Below, in pieces: positions 1 to 8,854 of a stretch of DNA of 64,000 nucleotides. This DNA is from an uncultured Myxococcales bacterium. Its GTDB lineage: Bacteria > Myxococcota_A > Bradymonadia > REDH01. The stretch spans positions 5,027-69,026 of the forward strand of contig CBDUJZ010000005.1 in assembly GCA_965367675.1 (NCBI GenBank), written 5' to 3'. The stretch's first letter is position 1; each line of letters starts with the position of its first letter. The position numbers and the translations under genes are program-made. Below the pieces are notes generated by a model. It was not told the DNA's origin and searched no databases. It saw only the letters and a list, made by a program, of their open reading frames with translations.

Positions 1-34
1 ATGCTGCGCAACACAGCACACTCCCAAACGCACC

Positions 35-63
35 AAGGGCGCGGGCGATATCGCCGCGCCCTT
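35..63 (-). terminator. GC-rich hairpin downstream of the beta-barrel gene
   Basis: AAGGGCGCGG...CCGCGCCCTT 10-bp inverted repeat about 40 nt past the stop at 103; U-tract weak. Confidence 0.45.
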
Positions 64-102
64 CTCGTAACCGGTTAAGCACCGTCACTCCAACGACCTC
101 GA

Positions 103-1440
103 CTAGCGCGGAACCCAGGCGCTACCCGAGCCAGACACACCGGACAGAGGCAACGGCCGAGCCGCGGCGATATCGAGGAAGAACAGCGCGCGATGCTGCA
201 CGTAGTCCGCAGACTGACCGGCGGTGCTGCCGTCCGACACGGTAGTCGTCGAGTCGCGAATAGTCGGGTTGTAACGAAGGCCCATCGTGAACCAATCGGT
301 CACGCTGTAAGACACGAGCGCCTGCCCGCCGACCAGCGTGTCCTTCCGCTCGCCGTTGAACACGTCCACTTCCGTGCCACCCGACGTCATCGACGAATAG
401 GTGTTCAGGTTGACGTAAGCACCAAGACCCAAGCCCAGCGCGCCCGCGTCGACGCTCGCGTCGGCGTATACGCGGTGGTACGTGATGAAGTTCGAAAGGA
501 CGGCGTCTTCGAAGTTGTGCTCCCAACCGAACCGCAAGCGATTCGTGTCGGACAGATGCACGCCGAACTCGATGTGCGTCAGGTACGTCTTCGCGTCTTC
601 ACCCAGGTCGTAGTTCGCCTGACCGAAACCGCCTGACGCGAGCAGCGAGAGGCGACGCGAGAGGAAGCCCGTAAAACCAGCCGATGCGCGAATCGCGAGC
701 GAGTCGACATTGTCGACCTCCACAGCACCAGACGACGTCACCGACGTCACCGACACACTGTCGTAGCTCAGCGTGTCGACCGCACCCGTGATGAACACGC
801 CCGTCTTCGGGAGGAAGTTCCACTGCAACTCAAGCCGACCGCCGAGGCCAGTACGGTTCAGGCTGTCAAACGAGTCATAGTCCCACAAGCGGTGCTGGAA
901 ACCCATCGCGCCGCTCAGTCCGAGACGCTCCGAGCGACCGTAACCGCCGGGGTGCAGTCCCACTTCGATGTCGAAACGGTTGTGCAGCACGCGGAACGGG
1001 TCACCCGCACGCGAGTTCGGGGTGTTCGTCCAAGACAGGTGATCGGACGGCGTGATCGAGACCACACCGTTGGGGTTCACGCGGAGACCGACCGCGGCTT
1101 CCAAGTCGAGGCCACTTTGGCCGCTCGCATCTTCCTGCAGCAACTGCTCCCAAGCAGCACCGAGATCAGCGAAGAGCTCGAGCGCACGCGGCTCGGGAGT
1201 CGAGATGCCGATGTAGGGGTTGATGCGAATCGTCCCCGACGGCTGCGGATCCTGAGAGGCATCCAAGTACAACGGACTGCTGTCGACGCCCAACTCCAGA
1301 CGAATACCCGGGCGGAGCTGCAGGCTTCCCGCCGCGACCCCGTCCTCAGCATGCGCTGGAGCGGCCACCGTACCCACGCATGCGAGCGCAAGTGATAGCA
1401 ACAGTGTTTGGGGTCCCGTAAAACCCGTGTCCCTTCTCAT
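103..1440 (-). CDS. Outer-membrane beta-barrel protein (putative beta-barrel porin; possibly Wzp/BBP2-like polysaccharide-export type)
   Basis: Signal peptide (APAHA|E); alternating hydrophobic/polar strands rich in Y/W/F/G throughout 445 aa; co-oriented with the motor cluster. Confidence 0.7.
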   Translation of the reverse strand: MRRDTGFTGPQTLLLSLALACVGTVAAPAHAEDGVAAGSLQLRPGIRLELGVDSSPLYLDASQDPQPSGTIRINPYIGISTPEPRALELFADLGAAWEQLLQEDASGQSGLDLEAAVGLRVNPNGVVSITPSDHLSWTNTPNSRAGDPFRVLHNRFDIEVGLHPGGYGRSERLGLSGAMGFQHRLWDYDSFDSLNRTGLGGRLELQWNFLPKTGVFITGAVDTLSYDSVSVTSVTSSGAVEVDNVDSLAIRASAGFTGFLSRRLSLLASGGFGQANYDLGEDAKTYLTHIEFGVHLSDTNRLRFGWEHNFEDAVLSNFITYHRVYADASVDAGALGLGLGAYVNLNTYSSMTSGGTEVDVFNGERKDTLVGGQALVSYSVTDWFTMGLRYNPTIRDSTTTVSDGSTAGQSADYVQHRALFFLDIAAARPLPLSGVSGSGSAWVPR

Positions 1441-1535
1441 GTAAAAATCTGTCTTCCTAACAAGGTTCGGTGTGGCGGCTCGGTATGCCTGAGCTGCCAG
1501 TCCGTCAAGTCATTTTAAGAGTGCCCGAGCGCCCC

Positions 1536-2111
1536 CTAGGGGGTAGCGGTCGAGGGCGATACAGCGACGAAATCCAGGTTGCCGAACCAGCTCGGGAAGA
1601 ACCATGGCATCACTGTGCGTCCCCGAAAGTCGATGTCGCCAACGGGGATGTAGAAGCCGTTCATCGCGAGGACCGTTCCGTCTCCCGCGATACCATTGTC
1701 ACCACCCATGATCGCGTCCGCCTGACGGCGAGACTCACGACACGAGTTGGCCGCGGCAACGATCATGCTGAACCAATGCTCCAGCGTCGCGCGATCCGTC
1801 ACCTGCTTCGAACCACCTTCGGACTGCGCAGCCTTCAGGTTGGCCAGCGCCTCCTCCGCCACGAGCAGTCGACCGTTCATCTGCGTGTAGATGTTGTTCA
1901 GACGCTGGTACGCCGAAGCATCTCCATCCGCCTCTGCCGACACGCGGTACTCCGCGACGACGTCGACAGAGTCCGACATCTCGGCAACGAGCGCTTCGCC
2001 CTGCGTGATCATCTCGGTCAACGAGAGATCGGCGTATTGCGACGCAGTCTGCGCCAACGCAGTGCTGCTCATCAACATGCCGACGAGTGCAATCCACAGC
2101 ATTCGGGTCAT
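1536..2111 (-). CDS. Secreted alpha-helical (coiled-coil) hypothetical protein
   Basis: Start reassigned to ATG 2111 (AGGAG SD upstream, MTRMLWIALVGMLMSSTALA|Q signal peptide); heptad-like helical body, aromatic C-terminal tail. Confidence 0.7.
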   Translation of the reverse strand: MTRMLWIALVGMLMSSTALAQTASQYADLSLTEMITQGEALVAEMSDSVDVVAEYRVSAEADGDASAYQRLNNIYTQMNGRLLVAEEALANLKAAQSEGGSKQVTDRATLEHWFSMIVAAANSCRESRRQADAIMGGDNGIAGDGTVLAMNGFYIPVGDIDFRGRTVMPWFFPSWFGNLDFVAVSPSTATP

Positions 2112-2292
2112 TGTCCATCTCCTGGGTGTTCCCGCGAACGGGAGCGAGCACGGTTGCGACTCAACGGCGCTCAGCATGCAGCAAGCTAGTCGAGGGGCCT
2201 ACCGCTGTCAATCGACGGTAGTCAAAGATCTGGGCCACCCAAGGGCCTCAAAGATCACCCCCGCACCACCAGCTCCCCAACGCTGGCGCGTC

Positions 2293-2330
2293 AAAAACGA
2301 AAGAACCCGCCAATCGGCGGGTTCTTTCGT
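2293..2330 (-). terminator. Rho-independent terminator after the distal aglR copy
   Basis: ACGAAAGAACCCGCC-AATC-GGCGGGTTCTTTCGT 15-bp stem followed by a T-run on the minus strand. Confidence 0.85.
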
Positions 2331-2346
2331 CCGAAGGAAGTACGAG

Positions 2347-2988
2347 CTATTCGCCCGCGCCGCCCTTCGAGTGCGCCACCAGCAAGTTCTCGAGCTTCAC
2401 CGAGTACTGGTCGATCTCTTCCACGATGCGCTTTGAGATTCCCGAAAGGAACAGGTGCGCGAGCATGGTCGGGATGGCGACGACGAGGCCGAACGCCGTG
2501 GTGTTCATCGCGAGCGCGATACCACCAGCGAGAAGACGCTGACGGTCTTCCGGTGCCGCGGTCTCGAGAGCCGCGAAAGCCTCGATAAGACCGATGATGG
2601 TACCGAGGAGTCCGAGAAGCGTTGCGATGTTCGCGAGCGCGAGGAGCGCCGGCGTGCGTCGCGTCACCATCGGGATGACCTCCAAGGTGGCCTCCTCAAT
2701 GGCGTTCTGGATCTGCACTTCACCCTTGTTCGCGCGCGTCAGACCAGCCTTCACTACCTTGGGAAGTGCGGCGGCCGGAGCGGCGTTACAAAGCTTAATC
2801 GCACGATCCACGTTGCCCGCCATGACGAGCTTTTGGATCTGCGCCATGAACGCGTTCGCGTTGATGTTGTACTTGAAGAACAGGAAGATGAACCGCTCGA
2901 TGATGATACCGATCGCCACGATCGACACCACCAAGATCAGGTACATCCAAATACCACCGTTCCGAAATGCGTCTGCGATTGCGCCCAT
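2347..2988 (-). CDS. aglR: MotA/TolQ/ExbB proton-channel protein, AglR-like (distal copy)
   Basis: GGIWMYLI TM1, ATLLGLLGTIIGLI and GIALAMNTTAFGLVVAIP TM2/TM3 motifs; near-identical to 6131..6772. Confidence 0.9.
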   Translation of the reverse strand: MGAIADAFRNGGIWMYLILVVSIVAIGIIIERFIFLFFKYNINANAFMAQIQKLVMAGNVDRAIKLCNAAPAAALPKVVKAGLTRANKGEVQIQNAIEEATLEVIPMVTRRTPALLALANIATLLGLLGTIIGLIEAFAALETAAPEDRQRLLAGGIALAMNTTAFGLVVAIPTMLAHLFLSGISKRIVEEIDQYSVKLENLLVAHSKGGAGE

Positions 2989-3112
2989 AGTCTTTTTCTT
3001 CCGGTCAGAGGCTGATTGGTCCAGCCTGTCTCGTTCAAATGTCTAGCAGCTTCCCAAGGGGTGGGTCGCTGCCTGCTGTGGCTGTACGACTGCATCATGC
3101 AGTCTGCGGAAA

Positions 3113-4540
3113 CTATTCGCTAGGCTCAAGAATATACGGCACCCGTACGGTAGCCGCGCCTCCGGATGGCTCATCAAAGCGCCACCGGCGAACACGTCCT
3201 ACAATACATGTACCCACCGCGTCACCTACCGTGTTCTCCGGCAAGCGCGCATCGGTGACCTGGCCGCCTTGGCCGACGGTGAACTGAATCAGAACGCGGC
3301 CGCTAAGCGACGGATTCTGCGCCAGTCCGCGCTCGTAGCATCGTTGAATGTCGGATTGACGACGACGAAGCACAGAGCGCAAATTGTTGGAATCAAGAGC
3401 GCCCGTACCCGCGGTCTGCGGGCTGCGCGATCGAACCGACGCGACCGCGACGGCCTCACGCTCTTCCGTGCGTTCGGTGGTCGCTGCCTCGGCGACCGTC
3501 GATCCGCGACCGGTGTCTACACCAGCGCGGCCCACTTCGCCTTCGGCGCCGCTGCTCGTACCGAGCCCCGAACGACTGACGATACCACCGGAGCCGGCGT
3601 TCTCGCCGAGCGCGGTTTGGTTCGAGAGTACCTCGTCGGCACGACGATCCGAGAGCGCCGACGTGAATCCCAGCGCAGGACCAGATGCATCGTCCGCGCC
3701 GCCGTAGAACGCCGCGAGTGCGGACTCTTGGCGGACACGCTCTTGCGCCTGCTCACGGACGACGTCTTCTGTACGGGTGTCTTCCTGGCCGGCATCTTCG
3801 TTGCCCGCCTCTTCGACTTCCGGCTCCGCTTGCTCTTCGCCGCTGTCCTCGGGCTCTTCGGCCTCGGTGGGAACGCCGTCGTCAGCGATCTCCGCCGGGA
3901 CGTCATCGATGACCGGCTCCTCGACCTCTTCTTCAGGGGCGAGGATCTGTACGAAGCGGTTCGGGAGTTCGCTGAGGCCGGCCGAGCGCGGGGCAGGAGG
4001 CACCATGTAGACAAGCCACAACACCGACGCGACCTGCACGACGGTGGAGAACACCATCGACAGCAAGAAGCCGCCGCTGAGTCCCATGATCGTCGCTACG
4101 AACAGCAGCAAACCGCCACGCATGTTCGCGGGCAGTTGCGGCAGCACCTTGAGCGGCGGCGGGTTCACAAACTGGAACAAGATGGTGACGTCGCCGAGGG
4201 CGATCTTGCCTCGAGCACGGTCACTGAGCTCGATCGACCAGCCGGCCGACGATTTCTTCGCCTTGCCAGACTGCTTGAGACTCTCGAGGTCGTGCACGCT
4301 GCTTCCCAGCAGCATACGGCCCGTCATCTTATCGGTGAACTGAAGAACGTACTTGCCGCTCTTCAGGTCGAACATCGTAAACGCCGGGGGAAAGGCGTTC
4401 GACGCGATTACGAAGGTGTTCTTGAGCGTCTGTCCCACCGACACGGCTTCCCGCGTGCGGAGCAGTCGCTCTTCGATGATTCGTCCGTTCTGGATGATTC
4501 CCAGGCGGAGAATCTTTTCAACTGGCTGCTTTGTCGCCAT
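3113..4540 (-). CDS. gltG: GltG/PglI-like energy transducer (cytoplasmic N-domain, TM, acidic linker, TonB-C-like AgmX/PglI C-terminal domain)
   Basis: LRLGIIQNGRIIEERL N-terminus; C-terminal IQRCYERGLAQNPSLSGRVLIQFTVG...CIVGRVRRWRF; position next to aglRQS and gltF. Confidence 0.85.
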   Translation of the reverse strand: MATKQPVEKILRLGIIQNGRIIEERLLRTREAVSVGQTLKNTFVIASNAFPPAFTMFDLKSGKYVLQFTDKMTGRMLLGSSVHDLESLKQSGKAKKSSAGWSIELSDRARGKIALGDVTILFQFVNPPPLKVLPQLPANMRGGLLLFVATIMGLSGGFLLSMVFSTVVQVASVLWLVYMVPPAPRSAGLSELPNRFVQILAPEEEVEEPVIDDVPAEIADDGVPTEAEEPEDSGEEQAEPEVEEAGNEDAGQEDTRTEDVVREQAQERVRQESALAAFYGGADDASGPALGFTSALSDRRADEVLSNQTALGENAGSGGIVSRSGLGTSSGAEGEVGRAGVDTGRGSTVAEAATTERTEEREAVAVASVRSRSPQTAGTGALDSNNLRSVLRRRQSDIQRCYERGLAQNPSLSGRVLIQFTVGQGGQVTDARLPENTVGDAVGTCIVGRVRRWRFDEPSGGAATVRVPYILEPSE

Positions 4541-4638
4541 GTGCGTGTTCGCCGAGGTGTGTCGTCGTGATGGCGGTCAGAAGACCGCGCTCCCCTTAGA
4601 CGTTTGGAGTGGGGAGTTCTGACACCACCCTCAAGTCG

Positions 4639-5232
4639 TCAGTTAGCGGCTTGAACGCCGGAACCTTGCGCGCGCTGGAGAATGGCGAACTTGAAGTTCT
4701 GCACACCCGCTGCGCTCGCGGTGATCATGACCTGAGTTAAGATCCGGTACGGCGCTTCCTGGTCGACGATGATCGTCACGACCCGCTCGAAATCACGCTG
4801 CGCCAGGCGAGCCCACTCTTCTTGCTCTTGCACGGTCTCTTCGATCCGCTGCTGGAGCTCGGGGATGATCGCGCTCTCAGCGCTCTGAAGCGCGGAGGCA
4901 TCGATCTGACCTTCGTTAATCGGGATGACCTGCTCGTCCTCTACCATCACCCATTTCTTGGTGATGCTGATGATGAGCATGTCTTCGGGCGCAATCTCCG
5001 ACGTCGAGAACGGAAGTCGAAGGTCATCGCTCTGGTTCACCTGAATCGGCTCCGCGCCGTAGGACTTCAGGAGGAAGACCAGGATGATGACCATCATGTC
5101 CATCATCGAGTTGATATTGAGACTCGGCTCATCGCTCTCACGGTGAGCCTTACCCTTGTTCCGACGCGCTGCTTTCTTGCGGTCGGCGAGGATCTTGTCC
5201 TCGTCCATGATGATGTCTTTTTGGTCGGTCAT
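4639..5232 (-). CDS. aglS: ExbD/TolR family protein, AglS-like
   Basis: LNINSMMDMMVIILVFLLKSY TM with conserved Asp; C-terminal IIVDQEAPYRILTQVMITA ExbD motif. Confidence 0.85.
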   Translation of the reverse strand: MTDQKDIIMDEDKILADRKKAARRNKGKAHRESDEPSLNINSMMDMMVIILVFLLKSYGAEPIQVNQSDDLRLPFSTSEIAPEDMLIISITKKWVMVEDEQVIPINEGQIDASALQSAESAIIPELQQRIEETVQEQEEWARLAQRDFERVVTIIVDQEAPYRILTQVMITASAAGVQNFKFAILQRAQGSGVQAAN

Positions 5233-5268
5233 GCGCGTGCTCTTAATTCGGATACGTTAGGGACGGGC

Positions 5269-6048
5269 TTACGAGCCCGAGCTCGGACGCGGCAGAAGGA
5301 GGACCGGGTCTGGGAACAGCTCCACACGCTCGCCCTCAGGCGTCATGATGTAGAGGGCGTTCTCCAGATCCTCGAGCGTTCCGTTTCCGCCACCCAGCTG
5401 GAACGCCGGGATGCTGGAGGAAGCGGCAGGTACGCCGGGGCTCTGACCTTCGGCGGACAGGAAGAACCGTGCGGTGTCCATCGTCTTGATGAGCACTTCG
5501 AACGGGATCTCCGGGTCTCCGAGGATGCTGATGACAGCGTTGTTCTCTTCACCGAACCGGTCGAACCATTGCGGCTGAAGGCGGATGGCCACCAGCTGGT
5601 TGTACAGGGCCGGGAAGTCGAGCTTCGCGACGAGGGGAGCGTTCGCGTCTACGCCGTCTCGAAGACAGATCGTAGCGGGAATCTCCGCCATATCGTGGGG
5701 GCTCAGCTGACGGGCTTCTTCGCCCGCGGCACCACCACCACCGCCGCCACAGCGGGCGATCGGGGTCGTGAATTGCTGGAACTCCGGAAGGTTCGACTGG
5801 TCACCGACGCGGAAGCCGTCGTCGGAGATATAGACGACCACCTTCGGGACCGGCACTTGCTCTTCTTGCTCCTCGGTGTCCGGCGTATTGGCCTGGGCGT
5901 TCCGGGGGGAGCTGATGTTCACGACGCCCGTCTTCAAGAAGACCGTCGAGAGCAAGAGAAGAGGGATGAGGATCATGACCATGTTCATGATCGGAGCCAG
6001 GTTTAGCTCCTGCTCCTCTTCTGCGAATGAGTGTCTCTTGCGTGCCAT
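5269..6048 (-). CDS. aglQ: ExbD/TolR family protein, AglQ-like
   Basis: Start reassigned to MARKRH (GGAG SD); ELNLAPIMNMVMILIPLLL TM; ILGDPEIPFEVLIKTMDTAR and ELFPDPVL motifs; order R-Q-S. Confidence 0.85.
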   Translation of the reverse strand: MARKRHSFAEEEQELNLAPIMNMVMILIPLLLLSTVFLKTGVVNISSPRNAQANTPDTEEQEEQVPVPKVVVYISDDGFRVGDQSNLPEFQQFTTPIARCGGGGGGAAGEEARQLSPHDMAEIPATICLRDGVDANAPLVAKLDFPALYNQLVAIRLQPQWFDRFGEENNAVISILGDPEIPFEVLIKTMDTARFFLSAEGQSPGVPAASSSIPAFQLGGGNGTLEDLENALYIMTPEGERVELFPDPVLLLPRPSSGS

Positions 6049-6130
6049 GTGGTGGTCTCCAACAGCGCGGGCGCGCACTGCGCGCCCTTACAGTTCAGGT
6101 GTGGGTCACTCGCCGAAGGCGAGAGACGCG

Positions 6131-6772
6131 CTACTCGGCGCTGCCGCCCTTCGAGTGCGCAACCAGAAGATTCTCGAGCTTCACCGAGTACTGGTCGATC
6201 TCTTCGACGATCCGCTTCGAGATACCTGACAGGAACAGGTGCGCGAGCATGGTCGGGATGGCGACGACAAGGCCGAACGCCGTAGTGTTCATAGCGAGCG
6301 CGATACCACCGGCGAGAAGACGCTGACGGTCTTCCGGCGCGGCGGTCTCGAGCGCGGCGAACGCCTCGATAAGACCGATGATGGTACCCAGTAGTCCGAG
6401 CAGCGTTGCGATGTTCGCGAGCGCCAGAAGCGCCGGCGTACGCCGCGTCACCATCGGGATGACTTCCAGGGTCGCTTCCTCGATCGCGTTCTGAATCTGA
6501 ACCTCGCCCTTGTTGGCGCGCGTCAGACCAGCCTTTACGACCTTGGGAAGTGCCGCAGCCGGAGCCGCGTTGCACAACTTAATGGCGCGATCCACGTTGC
6601 CCGCCATGACGAGCTTCTGGATCTGAGCCATGAACGCGTTCGCGTTGATGTTGTACTTGAAGAACAGGAAGATGAACCGCTCAATGATAATGCCGATTGC
6701 TACGATCGACACCACCAGAATCAGGTACATCCAGATACCGCCATTACGAAATGCGTCTGCGATCGCGCCCAT
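6131..6772 (-). CDS. aglR: MotA/TolQ/ExbB proton-channel protein, AglR-like (proximal copy)
   Basis: Start reassigned to MGAIADA (same as the other copy; AAGGAAG SD); same TM motifs; directly upstream of aglQ/aglS. Confidence 0.9.
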   Translation of the reverse strand: MGAIADAFRNGGIWMYLILVVSIVAIGIIIERFIFLFFKYNINANAFMAQIQKLVMAGNVDRAIKLCNAAPAAALPKVVKAGLTRANKGEVQIQNAIEEATLEVIPMVTRRTPALLALANIATLLGLLGTIIGLIEAFAALETAAPEDRQRLLAGGIALAMNTTAFGLVVAIPTMLAHLFLSGISKRIVEEIDQYSVKLENLLVAHSKGGSAE

Positions 6773-7046
6773 TGTTCTGCTTCCTTCGGAGGGTGGTGCC
6801 GGACTGCGCCGACGAGGTCCCATCGAGTCGATGGGGCTTGGAAATTGCGAGGGTGTATCTACTACGCGAGCGGTGCGGTCTCAACAGTTTTGATTTCGAG
6901 CCAAGACCCGCTCGCTCATTGTGTTTGGCGCCACCCAGAGGCGGAACCAGACCGGCTTCTGATCGCACACGATCCTCGGGTTGTCCACCGACATGTGCTT
7001 TTGGGGACTACCCGCCAGCACCGTGGAACCACCCAAGCCGTCTGCA

Positions 7047-7280
7047 TCAGAACGGCAACTCTTCGACCGTCTCGTACAGCGCCGGCAAGAAGCTCGCCTC
7101 AGCGTCGAGCGAGACGTACTCCAGGTTCGACGGGCTGAGGATGTAGAACGCTTCCGGCTTCTCGATCTCACCGCGGACGGTGACTTCGTCGAAGACGTAT
7201 ACGCGATCTTGCGCGGCCACAGTGCTCGTCGTGAGCAAGGCTGCAGCGATAAGGGCGGCGCGGAGCGTTTGCTTTACCAT
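7047..7280 (-). CDS. gltF: CglF/GltF-like small periplasmic gliding-complex protein
   Basis: Signal peptide + FDEVTVRGEIEKPEAFYIL motif and ASFLPALYETVEELPF tail typical of CglF/GltF; follows the gltE-like gene. Confidence 0.85.
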   Translation of the reverse strand: MVKQTLRAALIAAALLTTSTVAAQDRVYVFDEVTVRGEIEKPEAFYILSPSNLEYVSLDAEASFLPALYETVEELPF

Positions 7281-7600
7281 GGTTCATCCCAGCTATCGTC
7301 GGAGCTCGTATCGTCGGCGGGCGCGTCGCCCCAGTCCACGTCGTCGCCGCCGTCACCCCAGGTGTCGTCGCCTTCTTCGCTGGACTCGTCGTCGTCCCAG
7401 GTGTCGTCACCGCCACCGTCGTCGCCCCAGTCTACGTCGCCGCCATCGTCGCCCCAGGTGTCGTCGCCGCCACCTTCATCGCCCCAAGCGTCGTCGCCAC
7501 CGTCATCGCCCCAGGCGTCGCCGCCATCATCGCCCCAAGCGTCGTCTCCTCCGCCGTCGTCGCCCCAAGCGTCGCCCCCGCCATCGCTGGCGAACGGATC
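7274..7600 (-). repeat. Imperfect coding repeat (D/G)n-(A/T/D)-W-G-D-D
   Basis: About 10 units of GTCGTCGCCCCA-like sequence on the plus strand; 11 Trp in a ~105-aa Asp/Gly tail. Confidence 0.9.
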
Positions 7601-8854
7601 CTGTTGGCTCTGCTCTTGGAGGGTCCGCTCGGTGTCGAGCAGGCCTTGGGCTTCGGCGCGGTAGGCCGAGTAGGAGCTTCCGCTCGGGATCGCGCCGACG
7701 GCCGACTGATACGCGTCGAAATACGCCAGCGACTGCTCCAGGCGCTCGATGCGATCCAGGCCGGGCATCTCGGCGTCGAGGTACAATACCGCCAAGTTGA
7801 AGTACGGATCGGCGTAGTTCCGATCCACCTCAAGCGCCTGGTTGAACGCTTCTGCGGCGCCGGTGTAGTTCTGTTGGCCCTTCCGCGCGTTGCCCAGGTT
7901 CAACCACGCCGGAGCGTAGTCGGGAGCGTAGCGGATGGCGTTGTCGAACGACTCTTCCGCGCGGTCGTAGTTGCGAGAGCGCAACCGAACCAAGCCGAGG
8001 TTGTTGTGAGCTTCGGCGTGGTACGGGTCGTTCTGAAGGACCTGCTCGAGGATCGTCTGGGCGCCGGTGAGGTTGTCGTTGGCGATGCGGACTTGTGCGC
8101 GGAGCACTTGGAACTCTGCGCGCGAGTTGTCGCGGCCGAGCGCCTGGTCAACAATGTACTCGGCGAGCGACGCGCGGTCGGTGCGGAGATACGCGGTGGC
8201 CATGGTGAAGAAAACGTCGAGGTTCTCTTCGTCATCGAGCAAGAGCTCGCGGCCCAGTCGGATGACACCTTCGTAGTCTTGCTCGTCGAGCATGACGTAG
8301 AGATTGGCAGCGCGGATCTGCGGCGCGTTGTCCGACGCGGCGAGCTGGCTCTGAACGAGCCGGCTGGCTCCGCTGCGATCTCCGTCTCGCAACCGCATAC
8401 GAACGAGCGCTACGAGCGGAAGTCCGAGGTCGGGTTGCTTGTCGAGCGCCTGCTCGAAGTAGCCTTCGGCGTCGCTGACCTGGCCTTCGCGGTAGGCGAT
8501 CACGCCGAGGTTGTAAGCGGCGTAGCCACCCAACTCCGGATCATCGAGCAGATCGCGGAACCGGTTCTTGGCCCGGTTGAGGTCACCGCTGGCGGCCGCC
8601 GCGACGGCGTCGGCGAGCTCTCCCTCTCCCACAAACGCGCTGGGCGCGATGGGAGTGGCCGAATCGGCGGCGGGCGTCTCGGCCGTATTTGTCGCCGGGG
8701 CGTCGAACGGGGACGGGGTCGTATTGGCCGACTCCACGACCGGGGTCGTCTGGTTCGCGGGCTCGGCGTCCAGGTCTGCCACGCCTTGGTTACACGCTCC
8801 GAGGAGCGTGAAAAGCCCAATGGCGCTCAGCGCGTTGGTGAAACGTCGGTTCAT
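7274..8854 (-). CDS. gltE: GltE/AglT-like TPR lipoprotein with acidic Trp-repeat tail
   Basis: Lipobox LLGA|C; multiple TPRs (AYNLGVI, AHNNLGLV, AWLNLGNA, PYFNLAVLY); between gltD- and gltF-like genes. Confidence 0.8.
   Translation of the reverse strand: MNRRFTNALSAIGLFTLLGACNQGVADLDAEPANQTTPVVESANTTPSPFDAPATNTAETPAADSATPIAPSAFVGEGELADAVAAAASGDLNRAKNRFRDLLDDPELGGYAAYNLGVIAYREGQVSDAEGYFEQALDKQPDLGLPLVALVRMRLRDGDRSGASRLVQSQLAASDNAPQIRAANLYVMLDEQDYEGVIRLGRELLLDDEENLDVFFTMATAYLRTDRASLAEYIVDQALGRDNSRAEFQVLRAQVRIANDNLTGAQTILEQVLQNDPYHAEAHNNLGLVRLRSRNYDRAEESFDNAIRYAPDYAPAWLNLGNARKGQQNYTGAAEAFNQALEVDRNYADPYFNLAVLYLDAEMPGLDRIERLEQSLAYFDAYQSAVGAIPSGSSYSAYRAEAQGLLDTERTLQEQSQQDPFASDGGGDAWGDDGGGDDAWGDDGGDAWGDDGGDDAWGDEGGGDDTWGDDGGDVDWGDDGGGDDTWDDDESSEEGDDTWGDGGDDVDWGDAPADDTSSDDSWDEPW

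Noticed and set aside
2347-6772. aglR duplication as a mis-assembly or mobile-element direct repeat
   Set aside because: Differences are numerous and almost all synonymous, similarity stops at the CDS boundaries, and no transposase or integrase is present
7274-7600. Possible non-coding repeat array
   Set aside because: Units are imperfect, in frame and encode the WGDD tail of the TPR lipoprotein
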